A stretch of 64,000 nt of DNA, taken from Vitrella brassicaformis CCMP3155. Taxonomy: Eukaryota; Protista; Chromerida. Below are positions 12,565 to 25,199 of this stretch, piece by piece. Each line of letters starts with the position of its first letter. The stretch's first letter is position 1. The notes under the pieces are model-generated. The model saw only the letters and a list, made by a program, of their open reading frames with translations, did not search any database and had not been told where the DNA came from. Both the position numbers and the translations under genes were made by a program. The stretch covers positions 1 through 64,000 of the forward strand of contig CDMY01000409.1 in the NCBI GenBank assembly GCA_001179505.1, written 5' to 3'.

Positions 12565-12658
12565 GCCTGACCAGCTGCCTATCGACGACGATTATTTTTG
12601 CCGTGCGTACATGACCGACACGCTGCTGCATGCTATCCTGGAGTTTGTACAGAGGTGA
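12565..12658 (+). other. Possible orphan coding exon LPIDDDYFCRAYMTDTLLHAILEFVQR
   Basis: Protein-like reading frame after a CAG acceptor; no parent gene visible, possibly hidden in the gap. Confidence 0.25.
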
Positions 12659-13212
12659 AAGCCCTGCTCCATGTGCGCTACGTACCGACATTTACATTCC
12701 TCGCCAGAAAAGCTTACCCACATTTACGGAAACGATGGGATCCTTGAATTGAATTTTCTTGCTGGGCAAGGCAGGACAGACCGTCGCCCTCACACCTTAA
12801 TTTGGTCACGGATCCATCCATGCAGTATGCACGTCAGAACAGTGTGTGCGCGGAAGCGCCCTGGACCTCTAACAACACCACAACACAACACGACACAACA
12901 CGACACAACACGACACAACACAACACGACACAACCAACCAACCTCGGCTACCCAACCAGCCACAGGCCACCCAAATCCGTAGACACAAACCACACACCCA
13001 ACCTGTCACCGGCAATGCATGCAGCGAGTGCTCTACATGGCCGGCCCACATGCGTGTTTGGCAGCAGGCGCCATATCGCCTGCCACCGGCCTTTGCTCGA
13101 GCGACAGACACACGACAGCTGTCGCACAGACGCCGCTTGACCCACGCCTCACACAACACTCAACCAGCATGCACAGTACCGACGGCCGAGAGCATGCGGT
13201 CTAATGCACCAG

Positions 13213-16200
13213 TCATTGGGAGCCGCCATTAGGTGCAGGAGCAGGCCCGGGAGCAGCAGCAGGAGGCTTGTCGGTGCTGGGCTTGGTGCGCTGCTCCCTG
13301 ATCTCCTGGTCCATTTGCAGCAAGCTGAGCAGCTGATTCAGCAGATTCTCGCGGTCCCTGCACGCATGGAACACCCACCCAACGACAGCAGTCAGCCATT
13401 TCCTCAATCGGCCGCCCGCTCTTCTCCCTCACCTCTGTCTGAGCGACTCGATGAATCTTTCGAGCAGCGGTTTGTTGAGGACACACGACCGCATCAGGAG
13501 GTCAAAGGTGTCGTGCAGCGGACTGCCAAGACCACACAGAGAGAGAGAGGAAGAAGCAGCAGCAGGGCGTGAGTGTCGAAAGGGGTGTGTGTGTGTGTGT
13601 GTGTTGGTCACCTCTGACGTGGTGAGTGGATGTATTCTGGGACCAGCTTCGTCTCCAGAATCCTCTCATCCACCTCACAGGCAGCATCCGGCTTCACTCG
13701 GAGAACATACTGCACACAAATAGCCAACAAGCCAGCCACATGTGTCGTCGCCATGCCCATTGTGTGTCGCATGAAAGGCCTTACCGTGAGTGTCTTGCCG
13801 ACGTTCTGCACCATCTCCTGTGTCGGTGCCAGCTTGGGCTGCAGCCACTTCATCAAACACTTGACAGCCGTCGCTGCCTCGCCATCTCGCTTCTCGAGCG
13901 TCAGCTGACAGCACACAAGCAGGTGTGTTCTCTGTGGCCATGTGGGAATGTTTATCTGTCTGTCTGTCATACCGCGAATCCGTCTGTGTCGGCACATGAC
14001 GCCAGGAGCCGGGCCGCCGCCTCTCGCTCAGTGCGGTACTTGGCGTCGGTGAGCTTCTCGTCGATGTAGCTGCGCACTGGCTGGGCGGGCGGGAAGGGCA
14101 GGCCGAGCAGCATCCGGAAGTTGCCCGTCTCGCCGATGAAGAGCGACACGAAGCCGTCACTCTCAGCCAAAGCAGCCACAAGACGCAGCGCAGGCAGGCC
14201 CTGAACACACCAAACCACACACATATCAACGTGTGTTGCTCTTCTGTGATTTCATTGCACGTGTGGCGCCTACGATGGGCAATGGGGCGTGCAGCAGGCA
14301 GAGGAGGGTCATGAGGTCGTTGGAGCCCTCGGTGCTGACGCGGAAGTTCTTGGCCACTTTCCTCAGTGCCGCCCGGCCAGCCAGCTCAATCAGGGGAGCC
14401 TTCTTGTCGGTGGAGCCTTCGAAGGTCGAGAACTCATCCGTCACACTCGCAAGCACCTGATGGGCGCAACAAACACGGCATGTAGGTAGGGGGACAGGTG
14501 GCGTGTGGTCGCCCCTCTCGCTTCTCACCTCGAGGATCCTGGCGATGTGGAATCCGTCATTGGGGGCCATTCTGGGGATGTCGAAGAACGTCATCTTGGG
14601 ACCATCCTTGTCGCCCGGCTGGCCCTTTTCATCACCACCAGCACCACCCTCTGGCTTCGACTCTGTCCCTCCCTCTCCCTCTCCCTCCCCCTCTCCGTCA
14701 GTCACGGCCTTCCCAGTCGCCATATCGACGAGGTCTCGTTCAACGATGAATGAGATGAGCTGCTCGCACTTGCTGAGCTTGTGGGCCACCACATCGCTGA
14801 GAGCGGGAATGTCCGCCAGCAGCCGACCGCCGCAGCTCCGACGACGAGAGGGGCACTTGGCGCTCCACTCGAGCAGCTTCAGGCCATGGGACACCTGAGG
14901 GGCCACACATGACGGCATAAACAGTGAAAAGATACATGACTTCGTGTATGGAGCCATTCCCGCTCACCGTGTCGTCGTCACGAGACTCGGCGAACCCGAC
15001 GCCGCAGCCGACCATCATGCGCAGCACGAACTGTGCCAGTGATGGCGAGAGGTCGCCCTCATGGAGGTCAAATGACTTGCAGAGGACGTCGGTGAGGTCA
15101 CGGATCTCACTCTGGAGCGACCTGAAGTCCTCCTTGGACGATGACGCAACCTCCACCTGCACACAAACATCAACCCAATCATGTGATCGAACCGAACACC
15201 GTCCGTGTGTTTGCTCTTGTCTGCTTACATCGGCAGGTTTGTCAGCCGCGGCGATCTCCGAGAGGGATACGAGCACCTTGCTGGCCTTGGGGTGCTTCTT
15301 TAAGCACTCGAGGATCAGCTCGGAGCCGGGGCCCTCAGTCTTGCTCTTGCTGGCCGTCTCGGTCTGAAACAGCTGCACCAGCAGGGCAATCGCAGCCTTC
15401 AACAGATACCTGATCACCAGAACAACAAGCACCACAGATGAGTGGACGGCAGTCTTGGCCTCTGCTCGCCTTTCCGTCTGACCCGTCAGACGTGCTGCTG
15501 ATGACATCGACGACCTGCTGCACCACACCAGCACGGATGAGCTGCAGGGCGTTGGGCAGGTTGGCCTTGCAGGCCCGCTCCAGGCAGCAGAGGACTGACG
15601 GCCGGCAGCCCTCGAGACCACGGGTGCTGAGGGCCTTGCTGAGGTCGGGCAGCCGCCCTCGGGCGCGGAGCAACGCCTGGATCTCCTGCAGCTTCTCTCG
15701 ATCGTCTGTGCGCAGCACCCGTTGCAGATCCTTCAGCTTGGCCTGCTCGCGCACGGCAACAGCATATACACAGAGAGAGGTGGCAACACACGTGGCATGG
15801 CGTCTTGTGTGGTGGGTCGCACGTGTATGATGGTGAGCCTCCGCCTCCTGGCGGGGTCATCGGGCGTGTTTGCCTGGCCGTCGACCACCTCCCTCAACGC
15901 AGTATCCAACTCCTAATCCGATCCACGGACGGGACGAAAGCACACATTCACATGTTATCTGTCACATGGGTACACACGCTCTGCACTTCACTCATCCATG
16001 CTTACCTCAACGACCTCGCTGGCTTCCACGAGGCGCTTTGGAGCGGCCTTCTGCGTCTTTGATTCCTCGTCCTCCCTCGCCCCCTCTGCCTTATGTGGTG
16101 GTGCCTCGTCGCTGGTCTCGGCCTCCTCGGGCGGGATGTCCGCCTTGGCACGTGGCTGCAGCTTGAGAAGCGCCTCGGTCTCCTGCTTGAGGGTCAGGGC

Positions 16201-17657
16201 CTCGCTGTTGTCGGGGTGGTGCTTCAACAACTGCTGCAAAGACGACACGGCCACCTCGTACCTAAGCGACAGACAGACAGATGACAGGGGCATGACGGCC
16301 CACTTAAGATGGCCATGTCTGTGTCTTTGTCGGCGAATTCTCACCTTTCGAGTTTCTCAGCTGCCTTTGCTTTTCGCAGGAGGCTCTTCTCGTGCTGCGG
16401 GTCGATGTCCAGTGCGCGCGATGCATCGGAGAGCGCCTCCTCCCACTGACGCTGCTTCAGATACAACTGGGACCTGAGACAGCGACAAACAAAGTGCATC
16501 CGTGTATGTAGCTGCCTGTACGTGGGTCGGTGTGGGTGTCTGCCCCGCCGGCCCACCCACCTGTTGGAGTAGAGAACGACCCGCATCTCGTCACTCAGCG
16601 GGTCCAGTTGCAGCGCCTGCAGCCAGGCACATCATCCCATATGTACGTGATTTGTGCCATTGACCCATATGCTATCTGCCGTCGTCCCCCTTTTCCCCCA
16701 CCTGGGTATATTTCTCCTCTGCCTGGTCGTACCGCTGTTTCTTCATGGCCTCGTTGCCCTCTTGCTTCAGCTCTGCCGCACGGTCCTCACACCGGATGTA
16801 CCTGCACTGGGGCATCGGTTTCCTGCCCTCGAATGCCTGCCATCGGGGCAGCAGCGGGATGGACTTGTCCTCAGTCTGGTAGCCGTACAGCGGTCTCGGA
16901 GGCCTCAACTCGCCAAGCACCCACCCGACATTCTGACCATGGCATCGTCAGCCACGGAAAAAGCGCTTCACATGGCGTCCCTGATAGCTGCATGGTCCCT
17001 GTGTGTGGCTCACCTGTCTTGCAATCATGACGTCGCCGTGCTCAGTGTGGATGTAGCTCGGACAGTCCCCCACCATGTGCTCGGAGCGGACATAGCGGCC
17101 GTTGGCGTGAGGCTCACCAGCGCCAAACACCTGTATGGCAACGGAGGGGAATCAACCACGCCACGCTGTATCTGCTGTGTATGTCGGCTGTGCAGACGCA
17201 CCTGGTATCCCCACATGTGCTCGTTGGGCCGCTTGGCGTCTGCTGCCTCGAGAGCCTTGCGCTCCGCCAACTGCACCAGACGCACCCCATGTAATCGACG
17301 TTCAGGACAGGCAGCCAACACTCACTCAAGAGCGCGTCGTTGGCTGACTGACTGACCTTTTGCTTGTTGGTATGTTCCTGGATCTGTTGCACGACGGACG
17401 AGATGTCTTTGGGGTCTGTCACGGTGACGTTCTTGGCCTTGACGCCGCCCACGTCGACGTCGGTCACGACAGACCCCTTCGGATCCTTCCGCTCATCCCC
17501 CAGCTCGTCCCTGCAGCCAGCCATACACAGAGCAAACGAGGGCAGGCAGGCAAATGGCAGCGGTATTCCAGCTGCAGGTCCATCCCCTGTGTGACACCGT
17601 CCGTCCTCACCTGCACATCTTGTCCCACTTGTCCAACACTCGCGACGGTGCCGCCAT
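13213..17657 (-). CDS. TPR-repeat protein with a small N-terminal beta domain and a C-terminal ARM/HEAT-like helical region
   Basis: Start MAAPSRVLDKWDKMCR. Three TPRs (AAELKQEGNEAMKKQRYDQAEEKYTQAL; LYSNRSQLYLKQRQWEEALSDASRALDIDP; YEVAVSSLQQLL). Leu-rich helical exons run to about 13213. No UCS signature confirmed. Confidence 0.75.
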
Positions 17658-18478
17658 TGCACGTGATGGCGAAGACGGATGTCCGGCTCTTATCGCTCAC
17701 AGCAGATCCTGGTCAGGCAGCAAGCAGAGGGAGCGGTGAGTTTCTGGGCTGCTATCTGAGAGAGAGAGTAGGGCAACCCTTCGTTAAACAAGACGCGTAA
17801 ATGCTAGAATCTTTCTCCCCTCCGTTTGACAGTGTTTTCGCCTCGTTCTCTTTTTCGCCTCGTTCTCTTCACCCCCAGCAAGCAGTTCGTCATACCCGCG
17901 ACCCCCAAGGGGAGATCTGTCACCACCTTGCTTCCCTCCATCACCGCACTCCAGATCTCACCTGGTGGTCGCTGTTCGACACCTCCACTATCCACCCGCC
18001 CACCATCACACCCTTACCACACTTTTCTCGACCCTCAGACAGGCACTCATCGTATCCATACGCGTATCAGCCAGTTGCAGACTCTCAAAGCGCCGCCAGG
18101 TAAGTCAGGCACGTGTCGGCGCGGGGATACAGCTTGTCTGTCTGTCAGTACACGTAAGGTGTGGCTGTCCGTACCGTAGCCGTACTCCCACTATACTAGG
18201 GGGGATCCGACACAACGCAGGCTGAGGAGAGCTCGGTCTGTCGGCGTTCGTGCTGCTTCCCTACTGCCTTGTGTGACCATCTATAGGTGTATCGTGACCC
18301 GAGAACAGCGAGACGCTCATCTGGAAGCACATCACCCACAGGTAAGTGGGTGGGGCGACAGACGAAAGGCAGATCAGCAGTCGATGCAGGTGTTGTGGCC
18401 TTGTGTCTGTTGTGTCTCAGCGCAACACGTGTGCCTGTTTCCACAGACGCCCTCGACAGCATCGCCACGAGAGTCGCC

Positions 18479-20224
18479 ATGGACACCAGTATCGCCCTCA
18501 ACATCACGATCGGCTTCGTCCAGCCCAGTCCGCCGCACCACATGGGCGTCGAGGTGGGTGACTCACGCCATCCCCCTCACCTCACCGGGCCGAGTGGCCA
18601 GGTGCCCGTAGCAGCCGCTGAGCAGCAGCCCATGCCACGGCCTTCCAGACGGGCAAATTGCCGCAGGTACGTATCCACAGACAAGCGACACAGCTTCGTA
18701 TTGGACTCGGATGTGTTCTGCGTCAGGCGTCGTGATGTCGACCAGGAGCAGGAGGGTCGTCCCCGTCAGATTCGTCGCCTGGAGCCGCCCGCCGAGCCCA
18801 TCCAGCAGCAGCAGGTGGCCGCCGACCATCCAATCCAGCAGCCGGCTCAGCAGCCACAGCAGCAGCAGCCACAGAGCAGCAGGATCAGTCAGTGATGCCG
18901 CCGAGATACATCCCCGTCAAGCATCAGGGTGCCTTTACCAACTATGAGCGCATCGAGAAGCTGAACGCTGGAGGATACGGCACGGTGTGGGCCTGCAAGC
19001 ACGCCCTGACGCGAGAGGACGTCGCCATCAAGATATTCGACAAGCGAGCCCGGGATGGCTTCACCGCTCATCGCTCGACCATCAAGGAGGTGGAGGTCCT
19101 CAGGGAGCTGCAAGGCCATGACAACATCGTCAAGATACATCACTCCATGCTCGAGCCGGGCGCCCCCGTCGACCTGACCCAACTCATGGTCATGGAGCTG
19201 TGCCGCGGGACGCTTCGCGATTACGTCCGCAGGTCCTGGCCCAGCGGTCTTCCCATCGACCAGGTGCGTTACGTGGGCCGGCAGCTGGTGGAGGGCCTGA
19301 TGCACTGCCACACCAAGCAGATCACGCACATGGACTTCAAGCCCGAGAACGTGCTCCTCATTGGCAACTTGATCTGCCGCATCGCCGACTTCGGAGGGGC
19401 CCTATGGGGCCCCGGACTCAACGTGGATGGCATTTGTACGCCCATGTATCGTCCGCCCGAGGCATTCATAGCGGATATTATGAACAAGAAAGGTACGCAG
19501 ACCACGCCAAAGCACGGCACGGATGTGTGCGTGTCTAAGGCATCGGTTTGTTTGTGTGCGTTTCTCTCCTGATTGCCTCTTTGTGTTTGCCAGGCATGAG
19601 TCATGACAACGTGGTTCGGTGCAGGAGTAAGGTGGACATGTGGGCACTTGGCGTGACCCTCTACTACCTCGCCACGGGCGACCACCTCTTCAGCCGCCCC
19701 GACCCAATGAGCCTCGACCACATGCTCATCCAGACCCTCCAGATCACGGGCGTGCCCGACACGAACGAGTGGCGCAACGTGCAAGGCATCATCTCGGACA
19801 GCGTCACCTCCTCTCCCTACCGCGTCACACCGCCATCCGGATCATCCCCTGAGCAGATCAGCAGTCGGCTTCTTGCTCGCATCGAGCTTGCTCGCATCGA
19901 GCAACACAGAGCCGGGAGCCTCCGGCCGTTGGATATCATGACCCCTGGGTGGGGCCATGGCCAGCTGCTGGACTTACTCTCCAGGTAAGACAGCACAAAA
20001 CAGGAGGCAGTGAGTGAATGAAGCTCATCGAATGAGCTCCTCTGCTGTCTGTCAGGTTGCTCTGCCCACAGTCTGCCAGGCTCACGTCGTCACAAGCCCT
20101 TCGCCACCCATTCTTCGCCCTGCAGCAGCCGGTGGCTGCTCGGCACATGTCCGACGGGCCTCCCACCACACGAAACGCAGCACGCCGATGCAGAGGGTGC
20201 GTCATCGGCAGGACGAGGCCATGA
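18479..20224 (+). CDS. CMGC/CDK-like non-RD Ser/Thr kinase, copy 1; Q-rich leader is out of frame and the kinase ORF starts at ATG 18895
   Basis: NAGGYGTVW, VAIK, EVEVL, HMDFKPEN, IADFG, TPMYRPPE, DMWALGV and ALRHPFF motifs. A 1-nt loss at about 18874 ends the leader at TGA 18893. Confidence 0.8.
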
Positions 20225-20559
20225 TCCGCCCATGAGATACACACGGATGATTGGGGGGGGCAGGGAGGCAGGGGAGCGGGGAGGGGCGGCATGCACACGT
20301 GTCTATCAGCGTCTATGTGTCTGCCTGTGAGTGTGATGTGCACGGGTGTTCGTGTGCATGTGCGTGTGTACGAGTGTGGTGTTGGCTAGTGTACGGTGTG
20401 GGCCAGGGCTCACACATACATTCCATCGTACATGCTGCCTGATGTGACATGCCTGCGTACTCACTGCCTCACTATGATATGTCATTTCTTCTGCTCATTT
20501 TTCTTGGCGCATTGACTGGCCTCTGGAATGCGATGCACCTGCCTGTCTTTCCTCAGTGT

Positions 20560-21190
20560 CACCCACCTGTAAAGTATCCCGATGGCCATCCATGAATGGC
20601 CACTGCCACACCGACTCTGCTGCAGCAAAGCAGAGCAAAGCAAAGCAGAGAATCTTTCCACATGTGCGTGTCGACATACATGTCGTACGTGTCTTGCGTG
20701 TGTCTGCGAGGGCGGCAAGGATGCTTGCTCGCTCTCTTTTATAATGTGACGGCCCGAGCAGGGCGGGAGGGCGGGCTATTTCTCTTCGTGGCAGTGCCTC
20801 TGTTAGGCCGTCTGGCTGCAGGTTGGCCGCTTGGGAAGGTGATTCTGATGTGTGATTTTTGTCCGTCGGTGATTCATCAGTGATTTTCCAGTCATTTTAT
20901 TACACGGGCAAGGCACTCACTCGAGTGATTTCAAGACAGGCACCTTTCTGCAGCCACGGCTGTCACGTGCATGAGATGTGGGTGTCGCTGCGGGCCGATT
21001 GGAGTGTGGCTCAGGTACTGTGCCTCCAGTCGCCCGCAGTGGCACACATCACACACATGCGACAGCTGCCATGGCAGCAGAAAGAGCGAGTGTGTCAGTG
21101 GTTGATGTCGATCGATGGACAATCAAGGCAATGCAACTGACACGGAATGGACAGATCAACTCAACAGATCTGAGCGCACACTGCAGATGA
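20560..21190. repeat. Non-coding blocks downstream of kinase 1, paralogous to 25200-26530
   Basis: Shared strings: AGTATCCCGATGGC..TGGC.ACTGCCAC (about 20573 / 25212), TTTTATTAC..GCAAGGCACTCAC (about 20895 / 26182), CAGATCTGAGCGCACACTGC (about 21165 / 26513). Confidence 0.8.
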
Positions 21191-21709
21191 AATACATGCA
21201 GCGCTGCAATTGAGCCTGACGGTGGTTGGAGCTCGAATCGAGGCCGGCGTGCAAGGTCGATTTCGACCCGTAAACGGTGAATCGTGAAACGGTGACTGCG
21301 TCGCCGTGGTACCTCTACTGCAGCAAGGGATGACACAGTTGTATCTATCATCGTGCTGTGACTCACCCGCCTTGCGGTGCGTCACCAGCCTGGAAAGTCT
21401 GGCGCAGTGGTGGACGGCACCGCCAGTCTGGTTTTTTCTGAGGACAGTGCAGAAAGGGAGGCCACACGAGACAATGACACACTCAGGTGTCGCGGTGTCA
21501 TCACACGGAACACACACTCGCAAACACTTACCAAAGTCAGTGGCCAGATGAGCAAACATCAGCAGCAGCCGAGGCAAGCAGGCGGACGGGGAAGCCGACC
21601 GACAAAAAGGGAAAGGAGGGAAAGGAGGTGATAACGTGCTCAAGGGAAGACAAGATGCAACGAGATCTGGGCGAAAAGCACGGCCGGAGGGTCCTTCAGG
21701 GCAGTCAGT

Positions 21710-21950
21710 AGGGGTGTTTCTGAAGCACCCCTTGATCTGCGTGCTTGCACTGATCAAGGGTAAGAAGCTGCCCGCGGGGTGCTTCGGAAGGGTGCTCCCT
21801 ATCTTGATTTCACTCCAAGGGCACCTTCTCCCAAAGTAGGGGTGCTGCGAGCTTTCCATGGATCGAAAGCAGCCCTAAATCGAAGGAAGGTGCCCGCCGC
21901 AGTCAAAATGCCCTCGAAGCTGCCCCGAAGGGAAATCCCCTCCAAACGCT
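21710..21950. repeat. Cluster of adjacent short inverted repeats sharing GAAG(C/G)TGCCC / GGGGTGC motifs
   Basis: Stems AGGGGTGTTT/AAGCACCCCT (21710-21732), CCCTTGATC/GATCAAGGG (21729-21760), GAAGC/GCTTC (21764-21785), GAAGGGTGC/GCACCTTC (21787-21828) and GCTTTC/GAAAGC inside TAGGG...CCCTA (21837-21877). Confidence 0.8.
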
Positions 21951-22511
21951 CAAAGAACAGACAGATCTGCTCGTTTCTAAGCACACTGCCTTCGTCTTGA
22001 GCCCTTGAGAATCACCAGCGTTCTGCTTCTCTCTCATCAAGCCTGACTTCGTCGCATCGCGTCGGACCCCCTGCTTCAATCAAGCGCTTCGGTGAGGTAC
22101 CTTAGCGCAGCCAGCTAGTCAAATAAAGCTTGTCCGCCAACACACCTCGTGAGCTGTCTGTCTGAGACGAGCACGAACACAGAGAGACAGTCAGGCAGCC
22201 CGAGGGGAAGCTTCCCCTCCCTGCTGCCTTGCGTGACTGTCTGCAGGTGTGTCAGGCCGTGGTTGACGAGCCTACGGAGACATGGACAGGTGAGAGACGA
22301 CCAACTTGAAGCAGCTGCCTGACTTGCCGTGTCGTTTTGTCTCATCCACTGTCTCAATCTGCAGACGCGGCATTTCGCCGTCATTTGGACGACATGATCA
22401 AGCTCAGTGGGACCACTTCAACAGGTGGGAAGACACTGTTGATGCCCGTGCAAAGGTCACGGTCACCAGATGTGGTCGTTGCTTGTGTATATGGCTGGAT
22501 TCAGAGACCAA

Positions 22512-24539
22512 ATGATGCGGCCACGAGGACCCTCACCACCAGCCCGTCCGCCTACCCCCTTCAGAGACAACGACATTGAGCCGATTCTGCGCGTTGACCG
22601 GTGGGCCACAGAGAATACACAACGTTGCCTGGCTGCACAGGGCTGCCGTGCTCTCTCCCAGGGGCGTCGACCCGCGTGGCCCGTGCTCTTCCCCCCCTCC
22701 CCTGGTGCGCAGTTGGGTGCCCGCAGCAGTCGCAGTACAGCAGCGCAAGCCACAGCCACCGGTGCAAGCCAACGCAGGTGAACACGACAGACGGACATGC
22801 AAGCAGGACCACCACGGGTATGTTAATGTCACAAATGGCACAGCTAGCCGCGAGAGCCTGAATGGCTTCTTTGTGTCTTGCTTCAGCCGTCGTCGTGGCC
22901 GCCCCGACGATGCCAGCGACGAGCAAGAGAGTCCCCCTCGTCAGAGGCGCCGCCTCGAGCCACCTGCTCAGCCCATCCAGCAGCAGCTGGCCGCCAACCA
23001 CCCTATCCAGCTCATCCAGCAGCCTGCACCCCAGCAGCAGCAGCAGCAGCAGGGCCGGTCGGTGAAGCCGCCGAGATACATCGCCGTCAAGCATCGGGGT
23101 GCGTTCACTATGAACGCATCGAGAAGCTGAGCTCTGGCTCATACGGCACGGTGTGGGCCTGCAAGCATGCCCTCACGCGAGAGGACGTCGCCATCAAGAT
23201 ATTCGACCAGCGAGCCCGGGATGGCTTCACCGCTCATCGCTCAAGCATCAGGGAGGTGGAGACCCTCCAATCGCTGCAAGGCCACCCACACATCGTCAAG
23301 ATACATCACTCCATGCTCGAGCCGGGCGCCCCCGTCGACCTTACCCACATGGTCATGGAGCTGTGCCGCGAGACGCTCAGCCAGTACATCGACAAGGACG
23401 GCAGTCCTTGTCCCTTCGGACTGCCCGTCGACCAGCTGCGCGACTTCGGCCGGCAGCTCCTGGAGGGCCTCGTGCACTGCCACACCAACGAGACGCTGCA
23501 CCTGGACATCAAGGTGAGAAGACAGAAGAATAGACCAGACAAGATGGACAGGACCGTGAACTGACTGGTGTGGCGTGTGTGTGTGTGTCGTTTTGTTTCA
23601 GCCTGGCAACGTCCTCATTGCGTACGACAAGAAGCTGCGACTGGCTGACTTCGGGATGGCCCACCGGCCCGGCCACCTATTCCGTGTGGACAAACTGGGC
23701 ACCCCCGAGTATCTCGCACCGGAAGCCTTCCTGGCGCGGGTCATGGAAAAGCAAAAAGGTGAGAAGGAGAGCGCACATGGAAGGAATGAAAGAGACGCTA
23801 GTGTGGATGTATGTATCTTGTGTTTGTGCAACTAACCGTAGATGTGGACCAAGGGCACCGTGAGGTGGTCAGCCGCACGATCAGCCACAACCTCAAGAAG
23901 CTGGACATGTGGGCGGTCGGCGGGACGCTCTACTACCTCGCCACGGGCGACCACCTCGTCACCCGCCCCGACCCAATGAACTTCGACCACATGCTCATCC
24001 AGACCCTCCAGATCGTGGGCATGCCCACCGATGCCCTGTGGCAAGACATCATTGGTGCGATCATCAGCAGGGGGCGCCAGGCAGGGCTCCACAAAACCAC
24101 GCTCAGCGATTTGCCACCCACAAGATCCCTTATGGACATCTCCTGGCGATTGGCCGATCGCATCAGAAGCAAGCGCACCGCCGACCGCATCAACCCTGAA
24201 TTCGCCCGCCACAGCAAGAACATCCTCATGCCCAACAAGCACTCTGACTGGAACCACGTCTTGGACCTGCTGTCAAAGTGAGGATGGAAGTGGGGCACAG
24301 CCAGGCACAGTGAAACGCAACTGTCTCTGTGCTACTGTTTCTGGCTTCTCAGGTTGTTGCGCGCGCCGTTCTCTCGTCTGAGTGCATCAGATGCCCTCCA
24401 GCACCCATTCTTCACCCAGCAGCAGCAGCAGGCGGCAGCGGCGGCCAGTGCGACCCCCCGGCGCTCTCCGCCTGTCACGCGTCAGAGGTCCGGGGGCAGC
24501 CGCACACCGCCCGGAGGGTCAGGGAGGGGGCGGGCCTGA
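22512..24539 (+). pseudogene. CMGC/CDK-like non-RD kinase, copy 2, frameshifted just before subdomain I
   Basis: SSGSYGTVW, VAIK, HLDIK|PGN, LADFG, GTPEYLAPE, DMWAVGG and ALQHPFF motifs. A 4-nt deletion at about 23108 relative to copy 1 (ACC AAC TAT becomes AC TAT). Start is approximate. Confidence 0.65.
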
Positions 24540-24710
24540 CGGCAGGGCGGCGCGGGGGATGGGATACATGGTGTTGCGTGTCGTACATGTGTATTTGGCG
24601 TGGGTGTGTGGGTGGGATGTCGGGACGATGTCATAACCCGACGCAATCGCTTCATGCATACGAGACAGAGAGAGAGAGGGGACGGGTGTGTGGGTGGGAG
24701 AGAGGGAGGG

Positions 24711-25010
24711 NNNNNNNNNNNNNNNNNNNNNNNNNNNNNNNNNNNNNNNNNNNNNNNNNNNNNNNNNNNNNNNNNNNNNNNNNNNNNNNNNNNNNNNNNN
24801 NNNNNNNNNNNNNNNNNNNNNNNNNNNNNNNNNNNNNNNNNNNNNNNNNNNNNNNNNNNNNNNNNNNNNNNNNNNNNNNNNNNNNNNNNNNNNNNNNNNN
24901 NNNNNNNNNNNNNNNNNNNNNNNNNNNNNNNNNNNNNNNNNNNNNNNNNNNNNNNNNNNNNNNNNNNNNNNNNNNNNNNNNNNNNNNNNNNNNNNNNNNN
25001 NNNNNNNNNN
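24711..25010. other. Assembly gap, 300 N
   Basis: N run. Confidence 1.
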
Positions 25011-25199
25011 GAGAGGGAGGGGGTGGGCCAGAGAGAGAGGGCGGGGGGGGGCTGACAGTGGGGAGCTTGCCTTATGCACAGTGTGGGCTACCGCTCGTTG
25101 TACCTACCTGCTGGCTATCGTCACACGCTGATTTCCTGATGAGTCATCTCTCTCTCGTCTTCCGCTCGTTTTCTCGCCCACTGATTGGTCACTGGAACA

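Noticed and set aside
16948-16950. In-frame TGA inside the TPR gene region, suggesting selenocysteine or readthrough
   Set aside because: A single GT-AG intron (ARQ|gtgagc...ggtcag|NVGW) removes it and gives a sensible peptide.
13213-17657. Calling the TPR gene UNC-45
   Set aside because: No recognisable UCS C-terminal signature; left as a generic TPR/helical protein.
21321-21340. CAAGGGATGACAC resembles part of U6 snRNA
   Set aside because: No ACAGAGA box or flanking U6 sequence.
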